Shown one piece after another: positions 8,556 to 17,698 of a stretch of 64,000 nucleotides of DNA (the first letter of the stretch is position 1; each line of letters opens with the position of its first letter). The DNA is from a candidate division FCPU426 bacterium (lineage in GTDB: Bacteria > Oederibacteriota > Muellerivitia > Muellerivitales > Muellerivitaceae), in assembly GCA_963719085.1 (NCBI GenBank), contig CAVRAL010000001.1:64001-128000 (forward strand), given 5' to 3'. The translations under genes were made by a program, and so were the position numbers. The notes under the pieces are model-generated. The model saw only the letters and a list, made by a program, of their open reading frames with translations, was not told the origin of the DNA and did not search any database.

Positions 8556-10094
8556 ATGAATCGCCGTTTCTCAATGCTGACTTTCGCCATTTTACTCGTG
8601 TGTCTTTCGGCCATTAGTTTCGCCGCCGGCGCCGCCACCCAGTCCCCGCAAGGGGGGCCGGCTCAATCCGAGGAAGTCTACAAGTATCTCAAGCCCTTCA
8701 CTGATGTCCTGGCCATCATTCAGGAAAAATACGTGGATGAGGATAAAACCCACACGAAGGATCTCATTTATGGCGCCATCCAAGGCATGGTGGGCACGCT
8801 CGATCCCTTCAGCCAATTCATGACCCCGGATGATTACAAAGATATGGAAACCGAAACCTCCGGCAAGTTCGGGGGGTTGGGTATCGAGATTTCGATTAAG
8901 GACGACCGTTTGACCGTGGTCACGCCCATTGAGGGAACCCCGGCGGAGAAAGCCGGTATCCACTCAGGCGACAAGATCGTGAAAATTGACGATAAGCCCA
9001 CCGATGGAATGGGCATTAATGACGCGGTCAAGCTTTTGCGGGGAAAGGTCGGGACTTCGGTGAAGGTCACTTTGCTCCGGGAAGGCCTGAACGATCCTTT
9101 TGACGTGACCCTGACCCGGGATTTTATCAAGATTCAGAGCGTCCGTTCTTACCTGCTGCCGGGCAATATCGGTTACGTGCGGGTCTCGGAATTTATCGAC
9201 AATACCACGGACGATTTCGTGAGCGCGGTGGACGACTTGAAAAAACAGGCGCCTTTGAAGGGCTTGATCGTGGATCTGCGCAACGATCCAGGCGGTTTAT
9301 TGCAAGAGGCGGTGGGCGTCTCGGACTATTTCACGCCCAAAGACAAATTGATTGTTTCCACGAAGGGACGCAACGCGGACCAGGATGAGACCTTTACGGC
9401 CAAGGACGACGAGAAGTTTGACCCTAAAAAACCCGTTGTGCTTATGGTCAACGGGGGAAGCGCGTCGGGCTCCGAGATCGTCTCGGGCTGCCTAAAAGAT
9501 TGGAAGCGGGCGGTGTTAATCGGTGAAAAGACCTTTGGAAAAGGGTCGGTTCAAACCATTTTGCCGCTGGATGACAGCGATGGCGCGGCGCTTCGGCTGA
9601 CGATGGCCAAATATTACACGCCCTCGGGCGTTTGTATCCATGGGATCGGGATTGAGCCGGACCTTGATTTGCGCGACGAGGACTTAAGTGAGTCCACCTT
9701 GAAGGTTTACAGCAAACAAGACGTGGAAAAATACGCCCAGACGCTTAAAAAAGAAGGCGTTACGGCGTCCGCGGACGCGCCCCTTTCGGACAAAGTCGTG
9801 GAAGGTTTCTTCGACTATTGCTTGAAGACGGAAAAGAAACTGGATCGGGACGAGCTGGAAAAAGACAAGAGCTACCTCAAGGACAGCCTGACGGTGGAAC
9901 TGATCAGCGACTTGAGCGGCGAGCCGGCGGCGCGCCAAGCGGCGGTGTTGATTGATCCCCAGGTGGCGATCGCCGAGGAGTTGATCAACGACAACAACAA
10001 GATTCCGGCGGCCCTTTTGGCCAAATATCCGCCCAAGAAGCTGGATACCTCGAAGGAAGCCAAGCTGAATAAAGCCGATGATACGCAAGAGTAG
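8556..10094 (+). CDS. ctpA: Carboxyl-terminal processing protease, S41A family
   Basis: ATG follows GGAGG. LDPFS, PDZ domain (FGGLGIEI), DLRNDPGG, SASGSEI and TFGKGSVQ, plus a C-terminal extension. Confidence 0.95.
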   Translation: MNRRFSMLTFAILLVCLSAISFAAGAATQSPQGGPAQSEEVYKYLKPFTDVLAIIQEKYVDEDKTHTKDLIYGAIQGMVGTLDPFSQFMTPDDYKDMETETSGKFGGLGIEISIKDDRLTVVTPIEGTPAEKAGIHSGDKIVKIDDKPTDGMGINDAVKLLRGKVGTSVKVTLLREGLNDPFDVTLTRDFIKIQSVRSYLLPGNIGYVRVSEFIDNTTDDFVSAVDDLKKQAPLKGLIVDLRNDPGGLLQEAVGVSDYFTPKDKLIVSTKGRNADQDETFTAKDDEKFDPKKPVVLMVNGGSASGSEIVSGCLKDWKRAVLIGEKTFGKGSVQTILPLDDSDGAALRLTMAKYYTPSGVCIHGIGIEPDLDLRDEDLSESTLKVYSKQDVEKYAQTLKKEGVTASADAPLSDKVVEGFFDYCLKTEKKLDRDELEKDKSYLKDSLTVELISDLSGEPAARQAAVLIDPQVAIAEELINDNNKIPAALLAKYPPKKLDTSKEAKLNKADDTQE

Positions 10095-10097
10095 TTT

Positions 10098-11246
10098 TTG
10101 AGAAGCCACCGGCTTAACTCCAAGGGACAAGCCGGGTTTCTGATCCTGGCGGTTTTTCTTTTGTTGGTGGCCGCCGGAGGTCTGTGGTTTTTTTGGGCCT
10201 CGAAAAATGGGGAACCGGTTTCGGTTCCCGCCCTGTTCACCTCGCCCGGCGCCTTTAAAGGCGACGCTTCCCAGGCCACAACCCAATTGGTGAGCGCGCT
10301 GAACCATCAGTTGGAATCACTGGACGTATTGAAACTATTGTCGGAGCCGGTGGATGTGGAGCCGGTGACGGCCCAGGGAAAAATTTTTCCGGGTTATCAT
10401 GAAACCTTCCGCCTGCCCGCCCGCTTTTCTCCTGATGGTTTAGCCTCCCTTTTGGCCCAGACCGCCGCGCCTCTGGGCGCCAAGATCTTAAGCCAGTCCA
10501 CCGAAGGGACGACAACCGACTATTGCTTTGGCTATGAACCCGGTTGGGTTCCGGTGAAAATCTCTTTGGCCGAAGTTAAAAGCCCCAAGGTCTGCCTCAT
10601 TATCGATGACGGGGGATACCAGAAGGGCGCGGCTTTAGAGGCGCTTTATCAGTTTAAAGTTCCCGTGACGGTTTCCGTTATCCCGGATGTGCTTTATTCC
10701 AGGGTCTTGGCCCTTCAGATGCCGGAACATGGCATCGAGGTGATGTGCCACATGCCCATGCAGGGTCATGAGGAGGCCCAAAAAGACGACTACAAGGAAT
10801 TTTTAAAACTCGGCATGCGGGTGGAGGATGTGGAACAAATCGTGGGCCGGGCCTTGGACGCCTTGCCCGGATGCGTGGGGCTCAACAATCACATGGGCAG
10901 CCAAGCGACCGCCGACGAGGACTTGATGCTGAAGGTTTGCCAAGTGCTCAAAGCGCGGGGACTTTACCTGATCGATTCGCGCACCACGCCCCAATCCGTG
11001 GAAGCCGATGAGGCGGTGAAGGTTCATTTGCTGCACGCGAAACGGGACGTGTTTTTGGACAATGTGGAGACACCCGAGGCGATCCTGATTGAACTCAACC
11101 GGCTGGTGCGCTTGGCCCAAAAACGGGGCACGGCTGTTGGGATCGGGCACTTTAAAGTCGTGACACTCCAAACTTTGCGGGACGCCATTCCGGGGCTTCG
11201 CGCCGAAGGCATCCAGTTTGTTTACGCTTCCGAGGTTGTTCAATAG
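10098..11246 (+). CDS. Divergent polysaccharide deacetylase (YibQ family)
   Basis: IIDDGG, HMPM, NNHMGS, DSRT, RDVFLDN and IGH motifs. N-terminal TM helix. Canonical position after envC-ctpA. The start codon is uncertain. Confidence 0.92.
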   Translation: MRSHRLNSKGQAGFLILAVFLLLVAAGGLWFFWASKNGEPVSVPALFTSPGAFKGDASQATTQLVSALNHQLESLDVLKLLSEPVDVEPVTAQGKIFPGYHETFRLPARFSPDGLASLLAQTAAPLGAKILSQSTEGTTTDYCFGYEPGWVPVKISLAEVKSPKVCLIIDDGGYQKGAALEALYQFKVPVTVSVIPDVLYSRVLALQMPEHGIEVMCHMPMQGHEEAQKDDYKEFLKLGMRVEDVEQIVGRALDALPGCVGLNNHMGSQATADEDLMLKVCQVLKARGLYLIDSRTTPQSVEADEAVKVHLLHAKRDVFLDNVETPEAILIELNRLVRLAQKRGTAVGIGHFKVVTLQTLRDAIPGLRAEGIQFVYASEVVQ

Positions 11247-11400
11247 GACGGATTAGGTAAATCGATAAATCATGATAAAAAGCTTCCGGCCTTTTAATCT
11301 TTTGCGTTTTTAAGGCCCGAACCCGCCCGCTTTTTTTGAAGAAGGGTACAATAAACGGGTCTTATTGGAACCGATGCTTTCCCCATTTTTGGAGGCGTTC

Positions 11401-14400
11401 ATGAAGCCGGCTTTTCACCGCTTGAAGGTCCTGGCTTTGTTGGTTTTATTTTGGAATCATCCGCTTTTCGCCCAAAACGCCGTCACTCTCACGAATAGTT
11501 CGGGCGATGAGTCCACGGGGTCTTTTGAGGCCGGCGTCACCTATTTGAACGCCAACGGCGGCGGGAACCTTGTCACCCAACTTTCCAATTCTAATCCGAT
11601 TACTTTATCGAATCCCCTGCCGGTTGTTTCCCAAAATGTGACTTTACTTGGCGCCGCGGGATTTTCCTTGCCCGCGGTAAATATCATCGCCCAAACCGGA
11701 AATCCTGTTTCGCTTGTCTTTCAAAATAACTTCAGTTTAGGGGCGAATACCGGACTTTTGCTTCATGGTGCTGGGTCCGACTTGGACGCGGCCGTTTCGG
11801 CCGGATCCTTCAATATGAGTTCGGGTTCGGGAATCGGTTTTTTCGGGGGAGGGGGAAACAGTATCACAATAGCCGGCGGTAGTTCACAAACGGGCGGCAC
11901 GGGGGGGGACGGTTTGATGACCGTGGCCAACTTGATCAATATGGATTCCGCTGGTGGGCAACTTTTTGGCGGCGCGGGCGGTTCCATGTCGAGCGGTGGT
12001 GGTGGCGTCAATGACACGGGTGGACTGGGCGGGAACGCCTTGGCACAGTCGTCCACTTGGACACTTTCGGACTCTAATTATTCCATTTTAGGCGGCAACG
12101 GCGGAAGCGCCGATGGTACGAGCAATATCCTGGGAGGGCAGGGCGGCGGCGTGAATGTTTCCGTTAATAATTGGGCGGTCACCAATAGTTCGGGCTTTAC
12201 CATGTCGGGCGGAAATGGCGGGGCCGCCGTGACGGGAACTTTTGGCGGGACGGCCTTGACGGGCGGTGCGGGCGGGGGGGCCACGGTGGCGGCAGGGGCC
12301 TTGACGGTCTCGACTTCCCAATGGTTCTTAAATGGGGGAAATGGCGGCATGGGCACCGATACAGGCGGTTTGGGCGGCGCGGTAAGTGTTCATTGGAATT
12401 CCTTGAATGAAACCCAGGGCGCGGATGTGAATGTGGTGGCCGGGAATGGCGGCGATGGTTCCCAGTTAGGCGGTCAAGGGGGCGGCGCGGCGGTGGCTGG
12501 TGTGTCGATCGTTGAATCGGGCTCCTCCTCCAACTTGAATGTGTCCGGCGGCACGGGCGGCGGATTGTCGTCATTGGGCGGCGGAGCCAACACGGCGGGG
12601 AACGGCGGCAGCGCGGGCATGACCATGGCCTTTATCCAATTGACCGCCGGCACCGGTATGGATTTTTTCGGGGGCAGCGGGGGCAACGGCTTTTCTCTTT
12701 CACAAGGAACGGGGGGCAATGGGGGCAACGCCTCGGTTTCCATTGGAGCGATCGATATTGAAAGCCAATCCGCCTTGAATTTATCCGGAGGCGCGGGCGG
12801 TAACGGCGGGACCAGCGGCAACGGGGGAACCGCCCTCGTACTAGCCAACTCGGTCACTTTGGACACGGGCGGTAATTTGACCCTGGAAGGCGGGAATGCC
12901 GGGGCGTCCTCGGTCTCCGTTGGGGCGGCCGGCGGCGTGGGAGTTGGGTTCCAAACCGCCTTTATCGGGACGAATGCCTCCTTGAATTTGTTGAGCGGGA
13001 CGACGGGCAGCGTGGTGGCCTCGATCGATGATTTAACGGGCGCAGGGTCGATTGAGGAAACGGGGTCCAATAGCGTTCTGGAGTTGGGCACGGGTTCTTT
13101 TAGCGGAACGATTTCAGGGACGGGAAGCCTGATTCAAAATGGCGCTTCCGGAGCCCTCACCCTGTCCGGCAACAACGGTTATACCGGGGGCACGGTTGTG
13201 GAAGGCACCTTGGTTGTCGACACCGGGGGAAGCTTAGGATCGGGCGGGGTCTCGGTTGAGAACTCCAAGACGCTGGAATACGTCCATTCGGCCTCGGCTG
13301 GAAACGCTTCGGTGACCAGCAGCGGGACCGTGGATTTTGAAAACACTTCGACCGCGGGAGCGGCGACCTTTACCTTGGTCCCGGGCGGTTACGCCAACTT
13401 TTCCAATGCCGCCCAAGGCGGGACGGCCAGTTTCAACCTGGCAGGCGGTTCGGCCTTCGATGTTTCCACCAGCACGGCGGGGGTGGTGACCGTTGGATCC
13501 ATCGCTAGTTCGGGTGGATCGGTTTCATTGGGGGGGGCGGCGGGTACGGGATTGGCGGTCGGGATCAACGATCTTTCAACGACGATTTCCGGGGTTATTT
13601 CCGATGTTGGCTTAGGCGGCGCGCTGATTAAGCAAGGCACTGGAATTTTGGCTTTAAACCAATTGAACACTTACCAAGGCGGAACCCTCTTACAACAAGG
13701 ACGGTTGGAAGTGGCTGACGCGACCTCGCTGGGCTCGGGATCGGTTTCGGTGATGGGGGGTACACTTTCATCGATGGGAAGCGCGGTTTCTTTAAACGTA
13801 GGCGGGAATTACGTTCAAGGCCCCGGCGGGACGATTCAGCTCGGACTCTATGGCACCAATGCCACGGGGGTCGATTGGTTGAATGTCAATGGAAGCGCCA
13901 AGTTAGGCGGCACGCTGGATTTGGCCGCCGGGAGCGGTTTTACGCCGATGTCCATTGGGAACGCGGTGGTATTGATCGACACGGATAACGGCCTTACCGG
14001 CAACTTTCAAACGATCGAGGAATCCTTTCCCGGTATGCGGCTTTTGCCGATCTATCAGCCGGGCCTTTTCGAAGTCGAGTCCATTGATCTTTCCTTCGCG
14101 GCCGCCGGACAAACCCTGAATGAAAAGGCGATCGGCGCGGATCTGGACGTGGTTTATCTTTCGCCGGGAGTTCAAAACTTAATGGTGGCCTTGGGCACCC
14201 AATCCGACGCCGTGCTTAAAAACGCTTATGACCAGCTTTCCCCGGAAGGGTACAGCGTATTGTACCAATCCGCTTTTGAGGGGGTCCAACTCCAAGCTTC
14301 CGAGGTCGATGACCGCTTGGCTGAATTAAGAGACGCCTCTCAAACGCCCGCGCTTCCTACGCCGCGCCGCCGAGGCGCGTCGAGCGGCGGCGAAACGGCG

Positions 14401-15285
14401 CTTTTCGCGGGCAATTTATCGGTGGCTGATGAAATGGCCATGCTGGTCCGTCCGCAATCCGATGGTCCCAGTTCCTGGGGCGGATTTTTTTCAGGGAATG
14501 GCGGGGTCTTTACCGTTGGCGATACGAGCAACGCGGAGGGATTCAAAGATACTTCTTACGGTCTTTCGGCGGCGGGCGCCGATTACCGGATTTCCAACCA
14601 GTTGGCCTTGGGCGTTTTGGCCGGTTACGCCGAGTCCGATGTGAGTTTGAACGGGGGTGGATCCGTCACTGAAACCGGAGGTCAGTTGGGCGTTTATGGA
14701 ACCTGGTATCCCAACCAGTTCTATTTTAACGCCTTGTTGGAGGGCGGGATTAACCACTACAGCTCCCAGCGGCAAAGTTATCAAGGCGACGCCGGGGGAA
14801 AGACCCAAGGCTTTTTATTCAGCTCCCGTTTAGGCGTGGGCTACGATTGGAAGGGAAGCGGCTGGGTCGTTGGTCCCTTGGCCGCCATCCAATGGACCCA
14901 ATTATCCATCGACGGTTTTACCGAACAAGGCCCCTTGGCCTCCCTAGCGATCGCGTCCCAGACACAAAGCTCTTGGATGAGCCAGATGGGGGCCCATGCC
15001 CAATGGTGTTTGAACTTGGGCGGGATTCAAATTCAGCCGGGCGCTAAAATTTCCTGGGAGCATGAGTTCACTTATCAAGGCGGGATCGTTCAAGCGGGAT
15101 TTGGCCAGGGCGACAGCTTTACGGTGGAGGGACCGGCGGTGGGTCAGGACGGCTTTTTAGCCCGAGGGAGTTTGGACACGTCCTTTTCGAAACAATTGAC
15201 GGTTTCCCTGGGGTATCAAGGGGAGTTAGGCCGCGCCAATCTTACTTCCGCCCAGTTCGATGCTGGAATGAGATTCGGTTTTTAA
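11401..15285 (+). CDS. Autotransporter (type Va) with glycine-rich passenger and passenger-associated beta-strand repeats
   Basis: GGAGG SD and signal peptide (…HPLFA|Q). About 10 GGxGG-containing repeats. Passenger-associated repeats (LTLSGNNGYTGGT; LIKQGTGILAL..NTYQGGT). C-terminal beta-barrel ending in GMRFGF. Confidence 0.93.
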   Translation: MKPAFHRLKVLALLVLFWNHPLFAQNAVTLTNSSGDESTGSFEAGVTYLNANGGGNLVTQLSNSNPITLSNPLPVVSQNVTLLGAAGFSLPAVNIIAQTGNPVSLVFQNNFSLGANTGLLLHGAGSDLDAAVSAGSFNMSSGSGIGFFGGGGNSITIAGGSSQTGGTGGDGLMTVANLINMDSAGGQLFGGAGGSMSSGGGGVNDTGGLGGNALAQSSTWTLSDSNYSILGGNGGSADGTSNILGGQGGGVNVSVNNWAVTNSSGFTMSGGNGGAAVTGTFGGTALTGGAGGGATVAAGALTVSTSQWFLNGGNGGMGTDTGGLGGAVSVHWNSLNETQGADVNVVAGNGGDGSQLGGQGGGAAVAGVSIVESGSSSNLNVSGGTGGGLSSLGGGANTAGNGGSAGMTMAFIQLTAGTGMDFFGGSGGNGFSLSQGTGGNGGNASVSIGAIDIESQSALNLSGGAGGNGGTSGNGGTALVLANSVTLDTGGNLTLEGGNAGASSVSVGAAGGVGVGFQTAFIGTNASLNLLSGTTGSVVASIDDLTGAGSIEETGSNSVLELGTGSFSGTISGTGSLIQNGASGALTLSGNNGYTGGTVVEGTLVVDTGGSLGSGGVSVENSKTLEYVHSASAGNASVTSSGTVDFENTSTAGAATFTLVPGGYANFSNAAQGGTASFNLAGGSAFDVSTSTAGVVTVGSIASSGGSVSLGGAAGTGLAVGINDLSTTISGVISDVGLGGALIKQGTGILALNQLNTYQGGTLLQQGRLEVADATSLGSGSVSVMGGTLSSMGSAVSLNVGGNYVQGPGGTIQLGLYGTNATGVDWLNVNGSAKLGGTLDLAAGSGFTPMSIGNAVVLIDTDNGLTGNFQTIEESFPGMRLLPIYQPGLFEVESIDLSFAAAGQTLNEKAIGADLDVVYLSPGVQNLMVALGTQSDAVLKNAYDQLSPEGYSVLYQSAFEGVQLQASEVDDRLAELRDASQTPALPTPRRRGASSGGETALFAGNLSVADEMAMLVRPQSDGPSSWGGFFSGNGGVFTVGDTSNAEGFKDTSYGLSAAGADYRISNQLALGVLAGYAESDVSLNGGGSVTETGGQLGVYGTWYPNQFYFNALLEGGINHYSSQRQSYQGDAGGKTQGFLFSSRLGVGYDWKGSGWVVGPLAAIQWTQLSIDGFTEQGPLASLAIASQTQSSWMSQMGAHAQWCLNLGGIQIQPGAKISWEHEFTYQGGIVQAGFGQGDSFTVEGPAVGQDGFLARGSLDTSFSKQLTVSLGYQGELGRANLTSAQFDAGMRFGF

Positions 15286-15340
15286 AATTCGCGGTTGGAA
15301 GCAATCTGGCCTGCCCGGATTCGGTTCATTGGCCCGGGGC

Positions 15341-15378
15341 AAAAAAAAACACCGCCGGGGCTGTGCCCAGCGGTGTTG
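15341..15378 (-). terminator. Intrinsic terminator of the - strand small gene
   Basis: On the - strand: AACACCGCTGGG-cacagc-CCCGGCGGTGTT running into a T9 tract, just downstream of the stop at 15392. Confidence 0.8.
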
Positions 15379-15391
15379 AAGCTTAAAGCTT

Positions 15392-15697
15392 TTACTTTTG
15401 AGCGCAGATTCTCAATTGGTCCAGGGCTCCGTTGATGGCGTTGATGGCGTCCATCTTGTGGCCATTGAAATCATCCGCGGCGCCGTAAAGCGTGTGTTTG
15501 GCGGCCTGTAACTGTTGAGCGGCTTTCCAGATCATGGGGTGGTAATGACGCCGGCCGGCCTTGAAGTCGAAATGGGCCTGATCATCGGCGTTAATATTAA
15601 AGCTCACCGCAACGCTGTCCGCCTTAACGGCCATCGGCATCGCCATGAGAACCAGGATCCCGGCGCAAGCCGCGAATTTCATCCAATTCTTTTTCAT
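15392..15697 (-). CDS. Small secreted helical protein, His-containing (possible metal-binding)
   Basis: AAGGAG SD and signal peptide (…AVKA|D). C-terminal HPMIWKAAQQLQAAKHTLYGAADDFNGHKMDAINAINGALDQL forms a helical hairpin. Has its own terminator. 101 aa. Confidence 0.85.
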   Translation of the reverse strand: MKKNWMKFAACAGILVLMAMPMAVKADSVAVSFNINADDQAHFDFKAGRRHYHPMIWKAAQQLQAAKHTLYGAADDFNGHKMDAINAINGALDQLRICAQK

Positions 15698-15738
15698 AGT
15701 CTTCTCCTTGAATTTAATCGAGATAAAAACCCTATTGT

Positions 15739-15766
15739 TTAGACGATCCAAAAGCGTGATGGTTGC
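15739..15766 (-). promoter_or_regulatory. ECF-sigma-type promoter (GCAAC-N16-CGTCTAA)
   Basis: The - strand reads GCAAC catcacgcttttggat CGTCTAA about 40 nt upstream of ATG 15697. This matches the AAC/CGT signature of ECF promoters. Confidence 0.6.
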
Positions 15767-15977
15767 GGACAAAAAAGGTTTTTTTGTTGTGTTTGGGGGA
15801 TTCCTGACGGGAAGGATGGGTTTGGGGACTTTTCGTAAAGACTTGGTGGAAACCAATTGATTTCGGCCTTTCGGCTTTTCCCAGGCGCTAATCCCCGCTA
15901 GGAAAAAGTCCGCCGCTCCGGTAAAATCCACGCTCTCGCACTCCGTCACATCCATCCACTTTTCCATGGAGTTTGTC

Positions 15978-17003
15978 TTGAAAAGCTTAGTTTTGGGAAT
16001 CGAATCTTCCTGTGACGAAACATCGGTCGCCATTGTGGCCGACCATCGCCGCGTCTTGGCCAATGAGGTGGCGTCCCAAATGGACCTGCATCGCCGTTAT
16101 GGCGGAGTGGTGCCCGAAGTGGCTTCCCGCCAACATTTACACGACCTGCCGCTTCTCATTAAAGAAGCCTTGGATAAATCTAAAACCAGCTATGACGACT
16201 TAACCGGAGTGGCGGTTACGGCCGCGCCGGGTTTAATCGGCGCTCTTTTGGTAGGGCTTTCGGCGGCTAAAGGAATAGCTTTCCGCCTGCGCTTGCCCAT
16301 GGTGGCGGTCCATCATATTGAGGCGCATCTTTACGCGGCGGAATTGGACGCCGATCCCGTCTCATTTCCGGCTCTGGGGCTGGTGGTTTCCGGCGGGCAT
16401 ACGGAGCTTTATAAAATGGAAAGCTGGGGGCAGTATGGGCTTCTGGCCTCGACCCGGGATGACGCGGCCGGGGAAGCTTTTGACAAGGTCGCCAAATTAA
16501 TGGGGTTGGGCTATCCGGGGGGGCCGATCATTGAGAAGCTGGCTTTGAAATTCGATCAGGAAAAAGGAAACTTTCCCCTGGCCCGGATGAAAGACAAAAG
16601 TCTGGACTTTTCTTTTAGCGGCATGAAGACCGCGGTGGGGATTGAGATAAAAAAGAAACCCCTTGAGGCGGAAGAAGACTTGGCGCGTTTGGCGGGAAAG
16701 TTTCAGCGCACGGTTTTGGCCGAGATTAAATGGCGGGTGAGAAGCTGTTTGGATGCGTTAAAACCCAAAAGCCTGGTCATGGGCGGGGGCGTGGCTTGTA
16801 ATCAAACCCTGCGCCGGGTACTGGAACAAGAATGCCAAATCACCGGGGTGGTCTTTCGTGTTCCACCGGCCCAATATTGCTCGGATAACGCGGCCATGAT
16901 CGCGGGGTTGGGCTCCCATCACCTTTCCCAAGGCCGCACCACCCCCTTTTCAGCCACCGCCCTCGCTTCGCCTTCCGGCGCCCAGCCCTTCTTGCTACAA
17001 TAA
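15978..17003 (+). CDS. tsaD: tRNA N6-threonylcarbamoyladenosine transferase TsaD
   Basis: LGIESSCDET, GGVVPEVASRQH, HHIEAH, VSGGHT, DDAAGEAFDK, FSFSGMKT and SDNAAMI. Start is TTG 15978 (GGAG SD) or ATG 15966. Confidence 0.98.
   Translation: MKSLVLGIESSCDETSVAIVADHRRVLANEVASQMDLHRRYGGVVPEVASRQHLHDLPLLIKEALDKSKTSYDDLTGVAVTAAPGLIGALLVGLSAAKGIAFRLRLPMVAVHHIEAHLYAAELDADPVSFPALGLVVSGGHTELYKMESWGQYGLLASTRDDAAGEAFDKVAKLMGLGYPGGPIIEKLALKFDQEKGNFPLARMKDKSLDFSFSGMKTAVGIEIKKKPLEAEEDLARLAGKFQRTVLAEIKWRVRSCLDALKPKSLVMGGGVACNQTLRRVLEQECQITGVVFRVPPAQYCSDNAAMIAGLGSHHLSQGRTTPFSATALASPSGAQPFLLQ
16993..17001 (+). promoter_or_regulatory. Extended -10 element (TGcTACAAT) 6 nt before the MgtC-family ATG
   Basis: TGCTACAAT-aaagcc-ATG with no SD sequence; this is the geometry of a leaderless transcript. 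Confidence 0.45.
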
Positions 17004-17007
17004 AGCC

Positions 17008-17679
17008 ATGTCCCTTCTCCCCTTAACCACCCCCGATGTCATCCTGCGCCTTTTCATCACCTTGGCTCTGGCCGGCATTATCGGTTTTGACCGGGAGCGC
17101 CTTCGCAAGCCCGCCGGGATCCGAACCCATATCATGGTGGGTTTGGGCGGCGCCCTTTTAATGATGCTTTCCATTTTTACCAGCCCCGTGGTGGCCGGGC
17201 AGGTTCAGTTCGATCCCCGGATTGTGGCCAATGTGGTGACGGGTATCGGTTTTTTGGGCGCGGGCACCATCTTGCGGATGCGGGAGGGAATTATTACGGG
17301 GCTTACCACGGCGGCCACCCTTTGGATCGTTTCAGCCATCGGCATGGCGGTAGGGTGCGGTTTTTATACGGGCGCGGCTTTGTCGACGGCTTTTGTGATG
17401 TTGGTGCTTTATTTTATGGCTTTGGTCGATGACTTTCTGGAAGGCCGGGTTTACCAGACCCTGACGCTCCATGCTAAAATGAGCCACGCGATTTCCGAGG
17501 AAGCCAAGGCGCTTTTAAGGTCGGTGGGGATCAAGGTTTTTAAAGCCGAGGTTCAGACCCTCAGCCCGACGGAAAGATATGTGGTAATCCATTTCGCCCC
17601 GGTGCGCATTACCAAAGTGAAGCCGATTATCACCAAGCTTGGAAAATTGTCCGGCGTGAAGGAAGCGACGTTTAATTAA
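17008..17679 (+). CDS. MgtC/SapB family membrane protein
   Basis: IGFDRE...AGIRTH, DPRIVANVVTGIGFLGAG and GLTTAATLW, plus a C-terminal ACT-like domain. Confidence 0.95.
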   Translation: MSLLPLTTPDVILRLFITLALAGIIGFDRERLRKPAGIRTHIMVGLGGALLMMLSIFTSPVVAGQVQFDPRIVANVVTGIGFLGAGTILRMREGIITGLTTAATLWIVSAIGMAVGCGFYTGAALSTAFVMLVLYFMALVDDFLEGRVYQTLTLHAKMSHAISEEAKALLRSVGIKVFKAEVQTLSPTERYVVIHFAPVRITKVKPIITKLGKLSGVKEATFN

Positions 17680-17698
17680 GTTTAAGAGAAAGTAGATC

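Noticed and set aside
11830..12940. CRISPR array or DNA tandem repeat
   Set aside because: The repetition is at protein level (Gly codons) within one ORF, with no identical DNA repeats or spacers.
15698..16063. N-terminal extension of the - strand ORF to 223 aa
   Set aside because: It overlaps tsaD and promoter DNA; the SD and signal peptide place the true start at 15697.
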